Shown here piece after piece: positions 1 through 10,170 of a stretch of DNA of 64,000 nucleotides. The notes under the pieces are model-generated. The model ran no database searches. It was not told where the DNA came from and worked only from the letters and a program-made list of their open reading frames with translations. This DNA is from Candidatus Bathyarchaeota archaeon (GTDB taxonomy: Archaea > Thermoproteota > Bathyarchaeia > Bathyarchaeales > Bathycorpusculaceae), in assembly GCA_963815095.1 (NCBI GenBank), contig CAWFFH010000003.1, positions 1,024,001-1,088,000 of the forward strand, written 5' to 3'. Position numbers and translations under genes: made by a program. The number at the start of each line of letters is the position of its first letter. The stretch's first letter is position 1.

Positions 1-36
1 GTTTAAACCCCAATAGACCTGTGCTGAGGCACAAAG

Positions 37-360
37 GTGAAGAAAGATAATTTTGTATCGTCCATAAAGGAAAGGGAACTTGAGGAAGGCCACATGAAGG
101 CTGTGAGGGTTAAAGGCAAACCTCTTTTGCTTGTGCGACAAGGTGGCGAAGTATTCGGGCTATCAAACCTTTGTCCCCACATGGGTTGCACCTTGCAAGG
201 CGGCATACTGCATGAGTACATTGTTATGTGCCCCTGTCATGGATGGAAATTCGATATAAGAAACGGACAATACGTCGAAAACAAGCAAACCACTCTGCAA
301 ACGTATCGTTGCAAAATCGAAGAAGGAAAAATATTCGTAGAAATTGAAAAACCCAAATAA
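37..360 (+). CDS. Rieske [2Fe-2S] ferredoxin
   Basis: CPH...CPCHGWKF Rieske motifs, 107 aa. Confidence 0.9.
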   Translation: MKKDNFVSSIKERELEEGHMKAVRVKGKPLLLVRQGGEVFGLSNLCPHMGCTLQGGILHEYIVMCPCHGWKFDIRNGQYVENKQTTLQTYRCKIEEGKIFVEIEKPK

Positions 361-848
361 TTAAACCCTTGAGCTTAGACTAATACATAATTCTTATCAT
401 GCTGTTTTTAGGGTAAACCTTGGAATTTAATTACTGAAAAATATTTTTTTGTACATTTTCGTGTTCAATGTAATCAAAAAAATAAGAAACCAACCTTGCA
501 GAAAATGCCGCGACGCAGTTGACATTGCCTATAAGCAGCTTTTGTTCTTAGTGTGGATTCCCGAGGTTGAGAAATTATGTATGCCCCAATTGTGATTGAT
601 TGCCAAACACAAAAAGAAACAGTAAGTTGTGGATATTGTATTGTAAAAGAAAACTGTCATCTCCGACTGCAATTAGAATATAAAATAAAGTCAGTGGAAA
701 TGGTAGAGTTGTCACCAAGTTTGATGGTTCCTCTTCTGCTGATGCGAGTGTAATTATAAGAAATCGGGTTTTGGTAATGCCTTTAAACGTAAGCAACGTA
801 AATACAATAATTCAGGTTAGTTTAGGCTAAGAGCGTTAACTAAGAGAG

Positions 849-3800
849 GTGGGCAATTGGTTGAGTGAGGATGACTTAAATTTAGAGCATTTACACAAAA
901 AAAAGCGAAGCAAAGACTCCTTAACTGCTTCTGGAATCGCAGAGTACATCCGATTCAACTGTTGCCCCAGATTTTTTAAACTAAAGCTCCAAGACAACGA
1001 CGAAACAGACGATCGCAAATGGCCCATTTTCAAGCATATCAGCCCCCTACTCTCCGATGTTGGAAAGGGACTCGAAGAGAAAAAAGTGGAAGAACTCGCA
1101 GCCAAGGCATTGGAATACCACGATTTTAACAAGTACACGGAGAACGAAAAGGCATCTTTCGACAACCTGCGTGAAATCATTGAAAAACATGTTTCCTCAA
1201 AAGAAAACGTCGACGGTAAACCTGTTCTGCTCTATCAGGTTCCAATGATAGGCAAGATTGGAGTTTGGAAAGTTAAGGGCATAGCTGATTTAATAGCTAT
1301 TTGGCAAAGCAAAGAGGGAAAATTGAAGGTAAGAATTTTTGAGCTCAAGTCTTCTTGGCTGGAGCAGACTGCCCACCGAATACAAGTAGCCATCTACGTA
1401 CTGCTCCTATCAAAAGAGTTAGCGAACATACTGCCTAAAATCGAAATCGAAGGCGGAGTAATCAATAGAGAGACTAATTTGGAAAATCTGACTCCAGAAA
1501 TCTTGCCCAAATTCAAGCTCAGCCCCTTAATTCAAGATGTTGAGCGACTGCTTGCAGAAAATGGCGAGTTAAATCGGGTTCATAACACTCCTCTGCCTGA
1601 AGTTGAATATCAGTTATGTTCAAGATGCGACAACTGCGGCTTCAACGAATACTGCATAGTCTACTCGGTTGAAAATGAAAGTATTGCGCTTCTTAATTTG
1701 AGCAGGGGCGAACAGCGAGCGCTTGGGCATTATGGAGTTAAACGGCTTGAGGATTTGGCAAAATTGAAGGTTGTGATGGACTCCAGCGATTTGCGCCCCA
1801 ATGACTTCAAAGGCATCCCAGCCAAGGAGGCAGAGAAATCACGTGAAATCGCCACTGACCGAGTGGTAGGCGCCAAACTGGATTGGCTGGTTCAGCGGGC
1901 CCAGTATATGCTTGGTGGAATCCGACCCAATAGCCCAAACGCTGCCAAAGGCAAGTATATGCCGTGGTTGACGGGAACAGGCTACGGAGGGCTACCAGAG
2001 GATGGTCCATCCAACGGCGTGGATTCTGCGCTACTGTTCCGCCCAGATAGCATGATACGTGTCTACCTTTTCGTTGAACGCGATTACATGCTCGATGTCA
2101 TATCGATGATTAGTGCCAGAGTTGACTGCACCCGCAATAAAGGCGACCCAATTGGTGTATCGCATGTCATTGCCAACCTTCCCGACGACCGACAAGAATG
2201 TTTAGATGAGGAGAAAACGCTGCTGGAATCCTTCTTCAAAGACCTTACTGTCGCCATCACCAAAGTCGCCAACGAAGTCGGCAGCCCCGACGAAGTCCCC
2301 ATCCACTTGTACTTCTTTAGCCGAGGCGAACGAGACGTGCTCATGGAAGCCGTCCGCCGCCAACCATCTTTGAGCAGTCACATGGCGATAAGGGACCTTT
2401 TGGGGTTACGTCAAGCTATAGACCAACCCATGTTCTCAATAATCAAAGACGAAGTAATGCATAGAAAAGCCCTCAAGTTCCACAGCACTGGATTGCTGCC
2501 AATCCTTGAGCAAGCATGTTTCTTCGAGAGGAACCTCGCTTGGAAAGTCACACGCAAAGACGGCTCAACAGTGGATTTAAGCCAGGTTTTCCGCGACGGA
2601 CTCTTCAACTATACCCTTCCTTTCTGCAGAAACCCTGATGGAACAATCCATTTTCTGGAAGGCGGCAAGGGGCGCAGCGAAGGATACTATCCAGCTCGGG
2701 CAAGGTTTGGCAACCAAATCCCCATCGAGTACCTCTGGGCAGCTAAAAACCGCCTAGACGATCCCAAGAAAAGGTTCTGCTTGAAAAACACAAATGGTGC
2801 GACTATCCGCAAAGAACAAGACGCATCACCGATGAAGAATTAAACCTAATGGGTTTAAAGCTTTGCATGGCAATGGAGCTCATAGAGCGGTCATTGTCCA
2901 TCCGAAACAGGCGCCTTGGAAAAAAGCCCATACCTGTTCCCACAATAGCGAATTTCTCTTTGGGCGCAGCGACGTTGAAGCGTGGCTGCTTAGAGATTTT
3001 TGGATTTAGAGTACTTCTCTAAGCGCCAAGAAATGTATCAGCACTACGCTTTGCTTCCCTACCAGAGAGTAGCTTCGGGGCAGGTCGCTGATTTTTGAGT
3101 GCACAGCAATCGCAGAGTACGAGAAAGATTTTGTTGTCAGCGGAAAACTAATCTACGAAGGTATAGGGTTGCCAAAATCAGACTGCATCGCCAACGCCTG
3201 CAGAGTTAAAGGCTGCTGATGGCTCAAGTTCAGGCGACTGGATGGTTGTAACTGAACTTAAACGCAGGGAGACGGGGCAGTTTGAGGAAGCCCAGAAGCG
3301 GTCGCCTGCTGAAGTGGAAAAATCCGCCCGAGCAATAGTTGACAAAGTGGACGTGCGAAAATTCGAAGTAGTCATCAAAGTGGTTACTTGGCCGAGTGGC
3401 AAAGGCAGAAAATACAGCGCCTGGCACAACCTCCCAACCACCGACCCAGAGAAAGCAAAAAGCAACTTTCATGCAACTCTTCGAAGCTGGTCGAATCTAC
3501 ATTCTGGATGAGTTGGCTGATGACATCATTTCGGATAGAGCAGCTAAATGCCTTGACTACGCAGGCAACAACGTGCTATACTGGTTGCTTTCAGATTATC
3601 TTAGCGGGAAATCCGAGTCTTCAGTTCACAAGTGCATTGCCAAGGGATGCCGCTTTGCCTTTTCTTGGTTGGGTTGAAAAAAGGCGTTTTCCGCCTAAAG
3701 CTGAGCAGCAAGGTTTCATCGAGCGGGTTTTCGGTAAGGAGCAGGTTGTTATGCTTGCAGGGTCCACCTGGAACGGGAAAGACTGAGACTTTGCAGTTGG

Positions 3801-5183
3801 CAGTTTTAGCACATGTTGCCGCCCACAGAGCAAATGGCAGGTGCAGGGTGCTTATGGTTGCTCCAACCCACAAGGCAATTCAAGAGTTTGTTAGCAAACT
3901 CGCAAGGTGCTGGCAAGAATACTGCCAAGCAGGCGGCAACGACTTAAAAGACCTGAAAATTTACCGAGTGCTGAGCAGTTCCACTTCATCATGCTAAACC
4001 TATTGACGGAGTGACATACGTCAACTATAATGAAGACGAAGAAACAGTTCAGGAACTCACAGATTGCTTGATGAACCAGGCAACATTAACCTCTAACTCT
4101 TCAGGTTCAGACCCATTGATTTTATGCCTTACTCCTCCAGGCTTATACGGGTTAATGAAGAAAATCGGTGACTCTGAACCTCCTTGGGGTGAGAGCTTCT
4201 TTGACTTGCTCGTAGTAGACGAAGCAAGCATGATGCGTTTGCCCGAACTGATTCTTTCAGGCTCATTCCTGTCAAAGAGTAGCCAGATTCTCGTTGCAGG
4301 AGACCATCGTCAGTTGCCTCCAATTCAAGCGCACAACTGGGAAAAAGAAGACCGCCGAACACTCGAAGAAATGGCCTCTTTCCTCTCAGCCATGGATTTC
4401 CTACGTTTGCTCCGCCAAGAAGACCTCGGCATTGAACGGATTAGTTGTAAACATCCCGCTGACATTCCTGCTGAACGATTGTGTGAAAGCCACCGATGTC
4501 ACTCGGTCGTGGCGGAGTTTTTGCGAGAATGGGTGTACGAAAAGGATAAGATTGATTTTCGCTCCGACCAAAAACAAACTTTGGCAACTTCGAAGCCTAA
4601 GACGGATGGTTTAGGGGTGGTTTTGGAACCAGAAAACGTTTTCGTGTTGATTGTGCATGATGAGGCTGAGAGTTTCCAGTCAAATCTTGTTGAGGCTTTG
4701 ATTGTCGAGGCATTGGTTCGAAACGTGCAAGCTGAGGGTGTAGGAGTGATTACGCCCCATAATGCCCAGAAGGGATTGCTAAAGAATATGCTTTCTGAGG
4801 GTTGCGAAAACGTCCGAATCGACACAGTTGAGCGGTATCAGGGCGGCGAAGCAGACTGCATAATCATCTCATCCACCGTCAGCGACCCCGACTACGTTCG
4901 CAGCGAAAGCGATTTCCTGCTTAATCTAAACAGGATTAACGTTGCTATTTCACGAATGAAGAAAAAACTGATTATTATTGCGAGCAGGTCAATCTTTGAG
5001 TTTATGCCTCAAGACGCCAAGGACTACGACAAGGCTTTGCTGTGGCGAGGGATTTCGCAGACCGTTGGATTTACGGCTGACTCAAAAGCGCAATGGACTG
5101 GGGCTCTCTCAGAGTTTCTGGGGCAAGCAGCTTCTCCAGTAAAAGTTGAAGTCTATGTTAAATCAGAAAAGAAGCCAAAATAA
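849..5183 (+). pseudogene. Cas4/RecB-like PD-(D/E)xK nuclease fused to a Dna2/Nam7-type SF1 helicase, with several frameshifts between about 2770 and 4010
   Basis: N-terminal GIADL..IFELKSS..HRIQVAIY plus Cys (CCPR, CSRCDNC..YC); Walker A QGPPGTGKT (3632 ORF); DEAS, GDHRQLPP, GVITPHNAQ, DTVERYQGGEAD and NRINVAISR (4011 ORF). Coding-like sequence continues across frames in between. Confidence 0.8.
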
Positions 5184-5257
5184 TTCTTAAAACGCTTCAT
5201 TTTCTTCTCCAAAAGCCGTACAAAAGCAATTAAACTAGAAAAAATAATTTACCCATC

Positions 5258-5425
5258 ATGGCTCAAGAGGTTCCAAACGATTTAAATGACCTAATCGTCC
5301 GGTTTGTTCAAACTTACGGCAACATCATTGACTTAGAGCTGGACGAAAACCCTGAACCTAAACTCTGGTTCATGCCACTAAAAACCTATGAGGCCAAAAG
5401 AAAATTCCAATTGTTGTTGTATTGA
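5258..5425 (+). CDS. Small hypothetical protein, 55 aa, possibly a truncated gene
   Basis: Read manually: ATG 5258, MAQEVPNDLNDLIVRFVQTYGNIIDLELD..., TGA 5423-5425. Confidence 0.3.
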   Translation: MAQEVPNDLNDLIVRFVQTYGNIIDLELDENPEPKLWFMPLKTYEAKRKFQLLLY

Positions 5426-5521
5426 CCCATCCACATACCTTTAAACGTTAACTTGAGATCTTTATTGCTAATTATCACCAGATTTTCTTTATAACTAATA
5501 ATCTTTGATAGGTGGAGTTGG

Positions 5522-5905
5522 ATGGACGACGAAAAAAAGCGTATCCTTGTAGTTGATGATGATGTAAATATTTTGAGGGTTTTCAAAAGTATTCTGCAAA
5601 AAGAAGGTTACATAGTTGAGACAGCTGAGACGGGCTTCGCTGCTCTTGAAAAAATTAAGAACGAAAAGTTTAGTGTCTGCATATTTGATGTTAGGCTTCC
5701 TGATATGGATGGAACTGAGCTTCTCTCAAAGATGGCGAATGATTTGGAAACTATCAAAATTATAGTCACTGGCTTCTCCTCCGACGAAGTTGGAAAAAGA
5801 GCTGCTGATTTTGGTGCCGACGACTTTCTAGTTAAACCAGTGAAAGCTGAGGAACTCATAGCTACTGTACGAGACAGGTTAAGCACAAAAGAAAAAGAAA
5901 ACTAA
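5522..5905 (+). CDS. Stand-alone response regulator receiver (CheY-like)
   Basis: ILVVDDD, D-x-x-LPDMDG, T/S switch and KP motifs. Confidence 0.92.
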   Translation: MDDEKKRILVVDDDVNILRVFKSILQKEGYIVETAETGFAALEKIKNEKFSVCIFDVRLPDMDGTELLSKMANDLETIKIIVTGFSSDEVGKRAADFGADDFLVKPVKAEELIATVRDRLSTKEKEN

Positions 5906-6154
5906 ATTTCCTAGGCAACCCGACAATTTTAAGAGTTTGCTCCAATCGTGTTACAAAAAGAACTAAGCTGGTAAAGCGCAACTAGACTTTTTTCGTTCTT
6001 CTTTTAGAAAGCCCTTGACTGCATGAGCTTATTTGGGTAAGACAACTTTTGATTTGTGGTTATTTTATTGGACTGTCTGAATTAGAGTTTTTTCCAAAAA
6101 CATTAAATTACCTTTTCTATTGTGTTATTATGTTCCTGAGTACTCATTAGGAGA

Positions 6155-8074
6155 ATGTTTATGAAAATCATTTCTAAACCTGATTTTCAAGCGTTTGTTA
6201 ATAATTTAATAAAAGATGATTCTTTGGATGTTATTGGCGTGAAAGAGAGAGGCAACAAATTCGCCTTTGCGCCTCTTGAAACAGCCGAGGAACTGCGGCT
6301 AGACTACGATGTCACTTTGCTTCCGCCAAAAAAATATTTCTTTCCCCAACGAGAAACATTGTTCACTTATGCTTTATCGGGCGGATTTTCAGCCAAAAAA
6401 CCCGACGAAGAAAAACCTATGGTGCTAATTGGTGTTCACCCCTATGATATTGTCGCTATGCTTCACATGGACGAAATATTTAGGGAAACAAAATCGGACC
6501 CTTATTACTTCAAGAAACGTGAATCAACCATAATTATAGGTGTTAACATTCAAAAACTGTCAAAATGGAATTTCTCTTCATACATGGGGTCTTCTTCCGT
6601 TGACTATGGCTTCGATCTTATGTTAACCGACTTGGGTAACCGATACGTCGTAAACGTTGGATCTCAAAAAGGTGAAGATCTACTATCCAAATATGCAAAC
6701 AACGTGACCACAGCTTTGGCTCGCGATATACAAGTTGCTGGACAGAAAAAAAATGAAATAATGAACCTCTCACAGCAAAAATTCGACTTTTCCCCAGAAC
6801 TAATTCCAGAACTGCTCAAAGATAGCTATGGGAAAAGCGGATTTTGGGAAAAGCACTCCGAAAAATGTCTCGCTTGCGGCTCATGTGTCCTAGTATGCCC
6901 CACCTGCTACTGCTTTGACGTTAAAGATAACCCTGACCTAACTTTAGAGGCAGGAGAAAGAATCCGAACATGGGATGGTTGTTTACTTGAAGATTTCGCC
7001 AAGATTGCTTCAGGAGAAAACTTCCGTGCGACCAGACCAACAAGGTATCGTCATCGTTACTTCAAAAAAGGAAAATACCTCTTTGACCGCTTCGGATTTG
7101 TCTCCTGCGTCGGATGTGGAAGATGCTCATCTAACTGCCTTCCAAACATAGCCAACCCAGTTGACTTATTCAACGACATGTATCATGAAAGCCAAAACGG
7201 TAGTCAGCTAACACTTTCAGCAGCTCCAGACATCAACATTCAAACTGAAGGAAACATTAACTTCGTACCAAAACTGGCAACCATAGTCAAAAAGACCCCA
7301 ATGACTGCCCTCGAAACACTCTTTGAAATAAAATTAGACGACGAATCAGGGCTTAACCATAAACCAGGCCAGTTCGTTGAAGTTTCAGTGTTCGGCATAG
7401 GCGAAGCACCAATATCCTTGTCCTCTTCACCAACCAAAAAAGACACCTTCGAAATCTGCGTACGAAAACTGGGAAATGTTACCTCAAAATTGCATACACT
7501 CAATGCGGGCGATAAAGTCGGAATCAGAGGACCTTTCGGCAACGGTTTTGATGTTAATTCTCTTAAAAACAAGGACCTAATGTTCATTGCAGGTGGTCTT
7601 GGCATAGCTCCTCTTAGATCACTATTCAACTATGTGTTAGACAATCGGAAAGATTATGGGCGTGTCTTTCTGCTTTACGGTTGCAAAGAACCAAAGGAAT
7701 TGCTTTTCGGTGAAGAAATAGCTGCGTTGGCTTCCAGAAGTGATGTGGAGTTAAAAGCCACTGTTAACTGGTGCCCTGAAAACGAAGCTTGGAGCGGCAG
7801 TATTGGAGTAATCACAACTCTTATTCCCCAGATTTCCTTTGACCCAGAGCACACTCTCGCCATACTTTGCGGTCCCCCAGTTATGTACAAATTCGTAATT
7901 GCAGATCTTAAAGCCAAAAAAGTTCCAGATGACCACATAATAATGTCGCTTGAACGCAGAATGAAATGCGGAGTAGGAAAATGCGGGCACTGCCAAATCA
8001 ACCAAATCTATGTCTGCAAGGATGGTCCTGTGTTTAATTATGCAAAAATAAAAGGTGTTCCGGAGGCGCTATAA
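6155..8074 (+). CDS. hydBG: Group 3b [NiFe]-hydrogenase (sulfhydrogenase) beta-gamma fusion subunit
   Basis: N-half AsrA/HydB with CLACGSCVLVCPTCYC and CVGCGRCSSNC; C-half FAD/NAD-binding (GPFGNGF, AGGLGIAP) with CGVGKCGHC [2Fe-2S] motif. Confidence 0.9.
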   Translation: MFMKIISKPDFQAFVNNLIKDDSLDVIGVKERGNKFAFAPLETAEELRLDYDVTLLPPKKYFFPQRETLFTYALSGGFSAKKPDEEKPMVLIGVHPYDIVAMLHMDEIFRETKSDPYYFKKRESTIIIGVNIQKLSKWNFSSYMGSSSVDYGFDLMLTDLGNRYVVNVGSQKGEDLLSKYANNVTTALARDIQVAGQKKNEIMNLSQQKFDFSPELIPELLKDSYGKSGFWEKHSEKCLACGSCVLVCPTCYCFDVKDNPDLTLEAGERIRTWDGCLLEDFAKIASGENFRATRPTRYRHRYFKKGKYLFDRFGFVSCVGCGRCSSNCLPNIANPVDLFNDMYHESQNGSQLTLSAAPDINIQTEGNINFVPKLATIVKKTPMTALETLFEIKLDDESGLNHKPGQFVEVSVFGIGEAPISLSSSPTKKDTFEICVRKLGNVTSKLHTLNAGDKVGIRGPFGNGFDVNSLKNKDLMFIAGGLGIAPLRSLFNYVLDNRKDYGRVFLLYGCKEPKELLFGEEIAALASRSDVELKATVNWCPENEAWSGSIGVITTLIPQISFDPEHTLAILCGPPVMYKFVIADLKAKKVPDDHIIMSLERRMKCGVGKCGHCQINQIYVCKDGPVFNYAKIKGVPEAL

Positions 8075-8812
8075 ATGAAACCCAAAGTTGCATTCTTTGA
8101 CTTTGCTGGCTGCGAAGGTGACCAGCTGCAAGTCGCAAACCTCGAAGAGGACCTGTTAGCTCTTCTTGGTCAAGTGGAAGTTGTAACTTTCCGAGAAGTT
8201 ATGAAAGAGCAAAGCAACGACTACGCTATTGCGTTCATAGAAGGCTCATGCACCAGACTGCAAGATGAAGATAGACTCAAGCAAATACGGAAAAATGCCA
8301 AAATAGTCGTGGCAATAGGTTCATGTGCTGCTATTGGCGGCATCAACTCTCTTAGAAACTATAAGGATTTAGATGAAGTTAAAAAATTGGTGTACGGCGA
8401 AAACGCGAGGCTATTTGACTCCTATGCAGCAAGACCTATAGACGCCGTAATCCCAGTGGATGCCTATGTTTATGGATGCCCAATCGATAGAGAAGATTTC
8501 TTGCAAGTAGTCAAATCTCTCTTGTTAGGAAAGAAACCTGACACACCAACGTATCCTGTTTGTGTTGAATGCAAGAAAAACGAGAACGTCTGCGCTTTTG
8601 AACGTGGTCAAAACTGCGTTGGAACCGTTACTAGGGCTGGCTGTAATTCATGCTGTGTTAATGAGGGAACGATCTGTTGGGGATGTCGCGGTTTGGTGGA
8701 TAATCCAAATGAGAATTCTCAAAAAGAAGTTTTGATAAAATATGGTCAAACTGTTGATGATGCAATTGCAAAGTTTAGGTTGTATTTTGGTTGGCAGGAG
8801 GCAAAAAGATGA
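8075..8812 (+). CDS. hydD: Group 3b hydrogenase small (delta) subunit
   Basis: GCEGD, GSCA..GG, GCP and C-terminal Cys clusters. Confidence 0.9.
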   Translation: MKPKVAFFDFAGCEGDQLQVANLEEDLLALLGQVEVVTFREVMKEQSNDYAIAFIEGSCTRLQDEDRLKQIRKNAKIVVAIGSCAAIGGINSLRNYKDLDEVKKLVYGENARLFDSYAARPIDAVIPVDAYVYGCPIDREDFLQVVKSLLLGKKPDTPTYPVCVECKKNENVCAFERGQNCVGTVTRAGCNSCCVNEGTICWGCRGLVDNPNENSQKEVLIKYGQTVDDAIAKFRLYFGWQEAKR

Positions 8813-10122
8813 GTGAATCTAAAAATGTCGATGTAAATGTCCATCATATTACAAGAGTTGAAGGACATGGAAACATCAATGTATCCGTCAGGAATGGCGC
8901 CGTGGAAAAATGCGAATGGAGTATACCTGAAGCGCCAAGATTCTTCGAAGCCATGGTTGTGGGAAGATACTGGAATGAACTGCATCATATTACTTCGCGC
9001 ATATGCGGGATCTGCTCTATTGGTCATTCGCTTGCATCCTTGAAAGCCACTGAAGCCGCATTAGGTATCCCGATCAGTGAACAGGACCTTAAACTAAGAA
9101 AGTTAGCTCTGCACGCTGAAAACATGCAAAGCCACATTCTGCATCTGGGTTTTCTGGTTCTTCCAGACTTGATGGGTGTCGGCTCTGTCATCCCTATAGT
9201 CTCGACTAATTTAGCTGAAGTCAAAATTGTCCTTCAACTTCACCGAACTGCAAACGAAATGTCAAAGTTGCTTTGCGGTAGAACGACGCATCCTCAACGA
9301 CTAATCCCAGGTGGCTTCTCCAAAATTCCCTCAATGAAAGAATTGGCAATTATGCGGCAAAAGCTGCAAGATTCCGTTGCGAACCTTCAGGCTGTGGCTG
9401 GACTGTTTAAGAGTTTAGCAGGCAATTTCCCCAATTTTGAGCGCGAAACAGAATTCATAGCCCTAACAAACCCCAACGAATACGCACTCTACGATGGCGA
9501 AATAGCCTCAACTGACACTGGCGTAGCCCCAGCAAAAGAATACCTAACATACACAAACGAATACATTGTTCCCCAATCAACCGCTAAATGGGCCAAACAT
9601 AACCGAGACTCCTACATGGTAGGCGCATTAGCCAGATTAAACATCAACTACAAAAAACTCTCACCCTTAGCTCAAACAGTCGCAGAAATGTTTGACCTCA
9701 AACCAATATGCTACAATCCATTCATGAACAGTATTGCCCAGCTGGTTGAAACGGTACACAGCGTCGAAGACTCAATACGCCTAATCAACGAGCTTGAAGC
9801 CGCGGGACTTAAGACTCAGCCAGACTACAACAATCCGACCATAAAAGTGAAGGCAGGAAGCGGCGTTGGGGCAGTCGAAGTACCAAGAGGAATACTTTTC
9901 CATGATTATACTTACAACGACAAAGGAGTTTGCACCAAAGGCAATTGTGTAATTCCAACAAACCAAAACCACGGCAACATTTCACTTGACATGAAAGCAC
10001 TGCTACCTCAGGTTATCAACAAAACGCAAAAAGAAATCGAACTCACATTAGAAATGTTAGTGCGAGCATACGATCCCTGCATATCTTGCTCAACACACTT
10101 TGTGAAAGTCGATTTAACTTAA
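8809..10122 (+). CDS. hydA: Group 3b [NiFe]-hydrogenase large (alpha) subunit
   Basis: RVEGHG; L1 RICGIC; L2 DPCISCSTH plus 7-aa extension; ATG 8809 overlaps the hydD stop (ATGA). Confidence 0.93.
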   Translation: MSESKNVDVNVHHITRVEGHGNINVSVRNGAVEKCEWSIPEAPRFFEAMVVGRYWNELHHITSRICGICSIGHSLASLKATEAALGIPISEQDLKLRKLALHAENMQSHILHLGFLVLPDLMGVGSVIPIVSTNLAEVKIVLQLHRTANEMSKLLCGRTTHPQRLIPGGFSKIPSMKELAIMRQKLQDSVANLQAVAGLFKSLAGNFPNFERETEFIALTNPNEYALYDGEIASTDTGVAPAKEYLTYTNEYIVPQSTAKWAKHNRDSYMVGALARLNINYKKLSPLAQTVAEMFDLKPICYNPFMNSIAQLVETVHSVEDSIRLINELEAAGLKTQPDYNNPTIKVKAGSGVGAVEVPRGILFHDYTYNDKGVCTKGNCVIPTNQNHGNISLDMKALLPQVINKTQKEIELTLEMLVRAYDPCISCSTHFVKVDLT

Positions 10123-10170
10123 ACCTTTTTTTCTTAATCGAACTCACTAATTATTGGGAAGCGTTGGGTT

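Noticed and set aside
575-796. 73-aa minus-strand ORF
   Set aside because: No recognisable motif; at most a decayed fragment of a membrane-protein gene
849-2843. Cas4-like domain as evidence of a CRISPR-Cas locus
   Set aside because: No other cas genes or array; the domain is part of a nuclease-helicase fusion
2770-4010. Programmed frameshifting in the helicase
   Set aside because: Too many shifts in a short span; assembly error or decay is simpler
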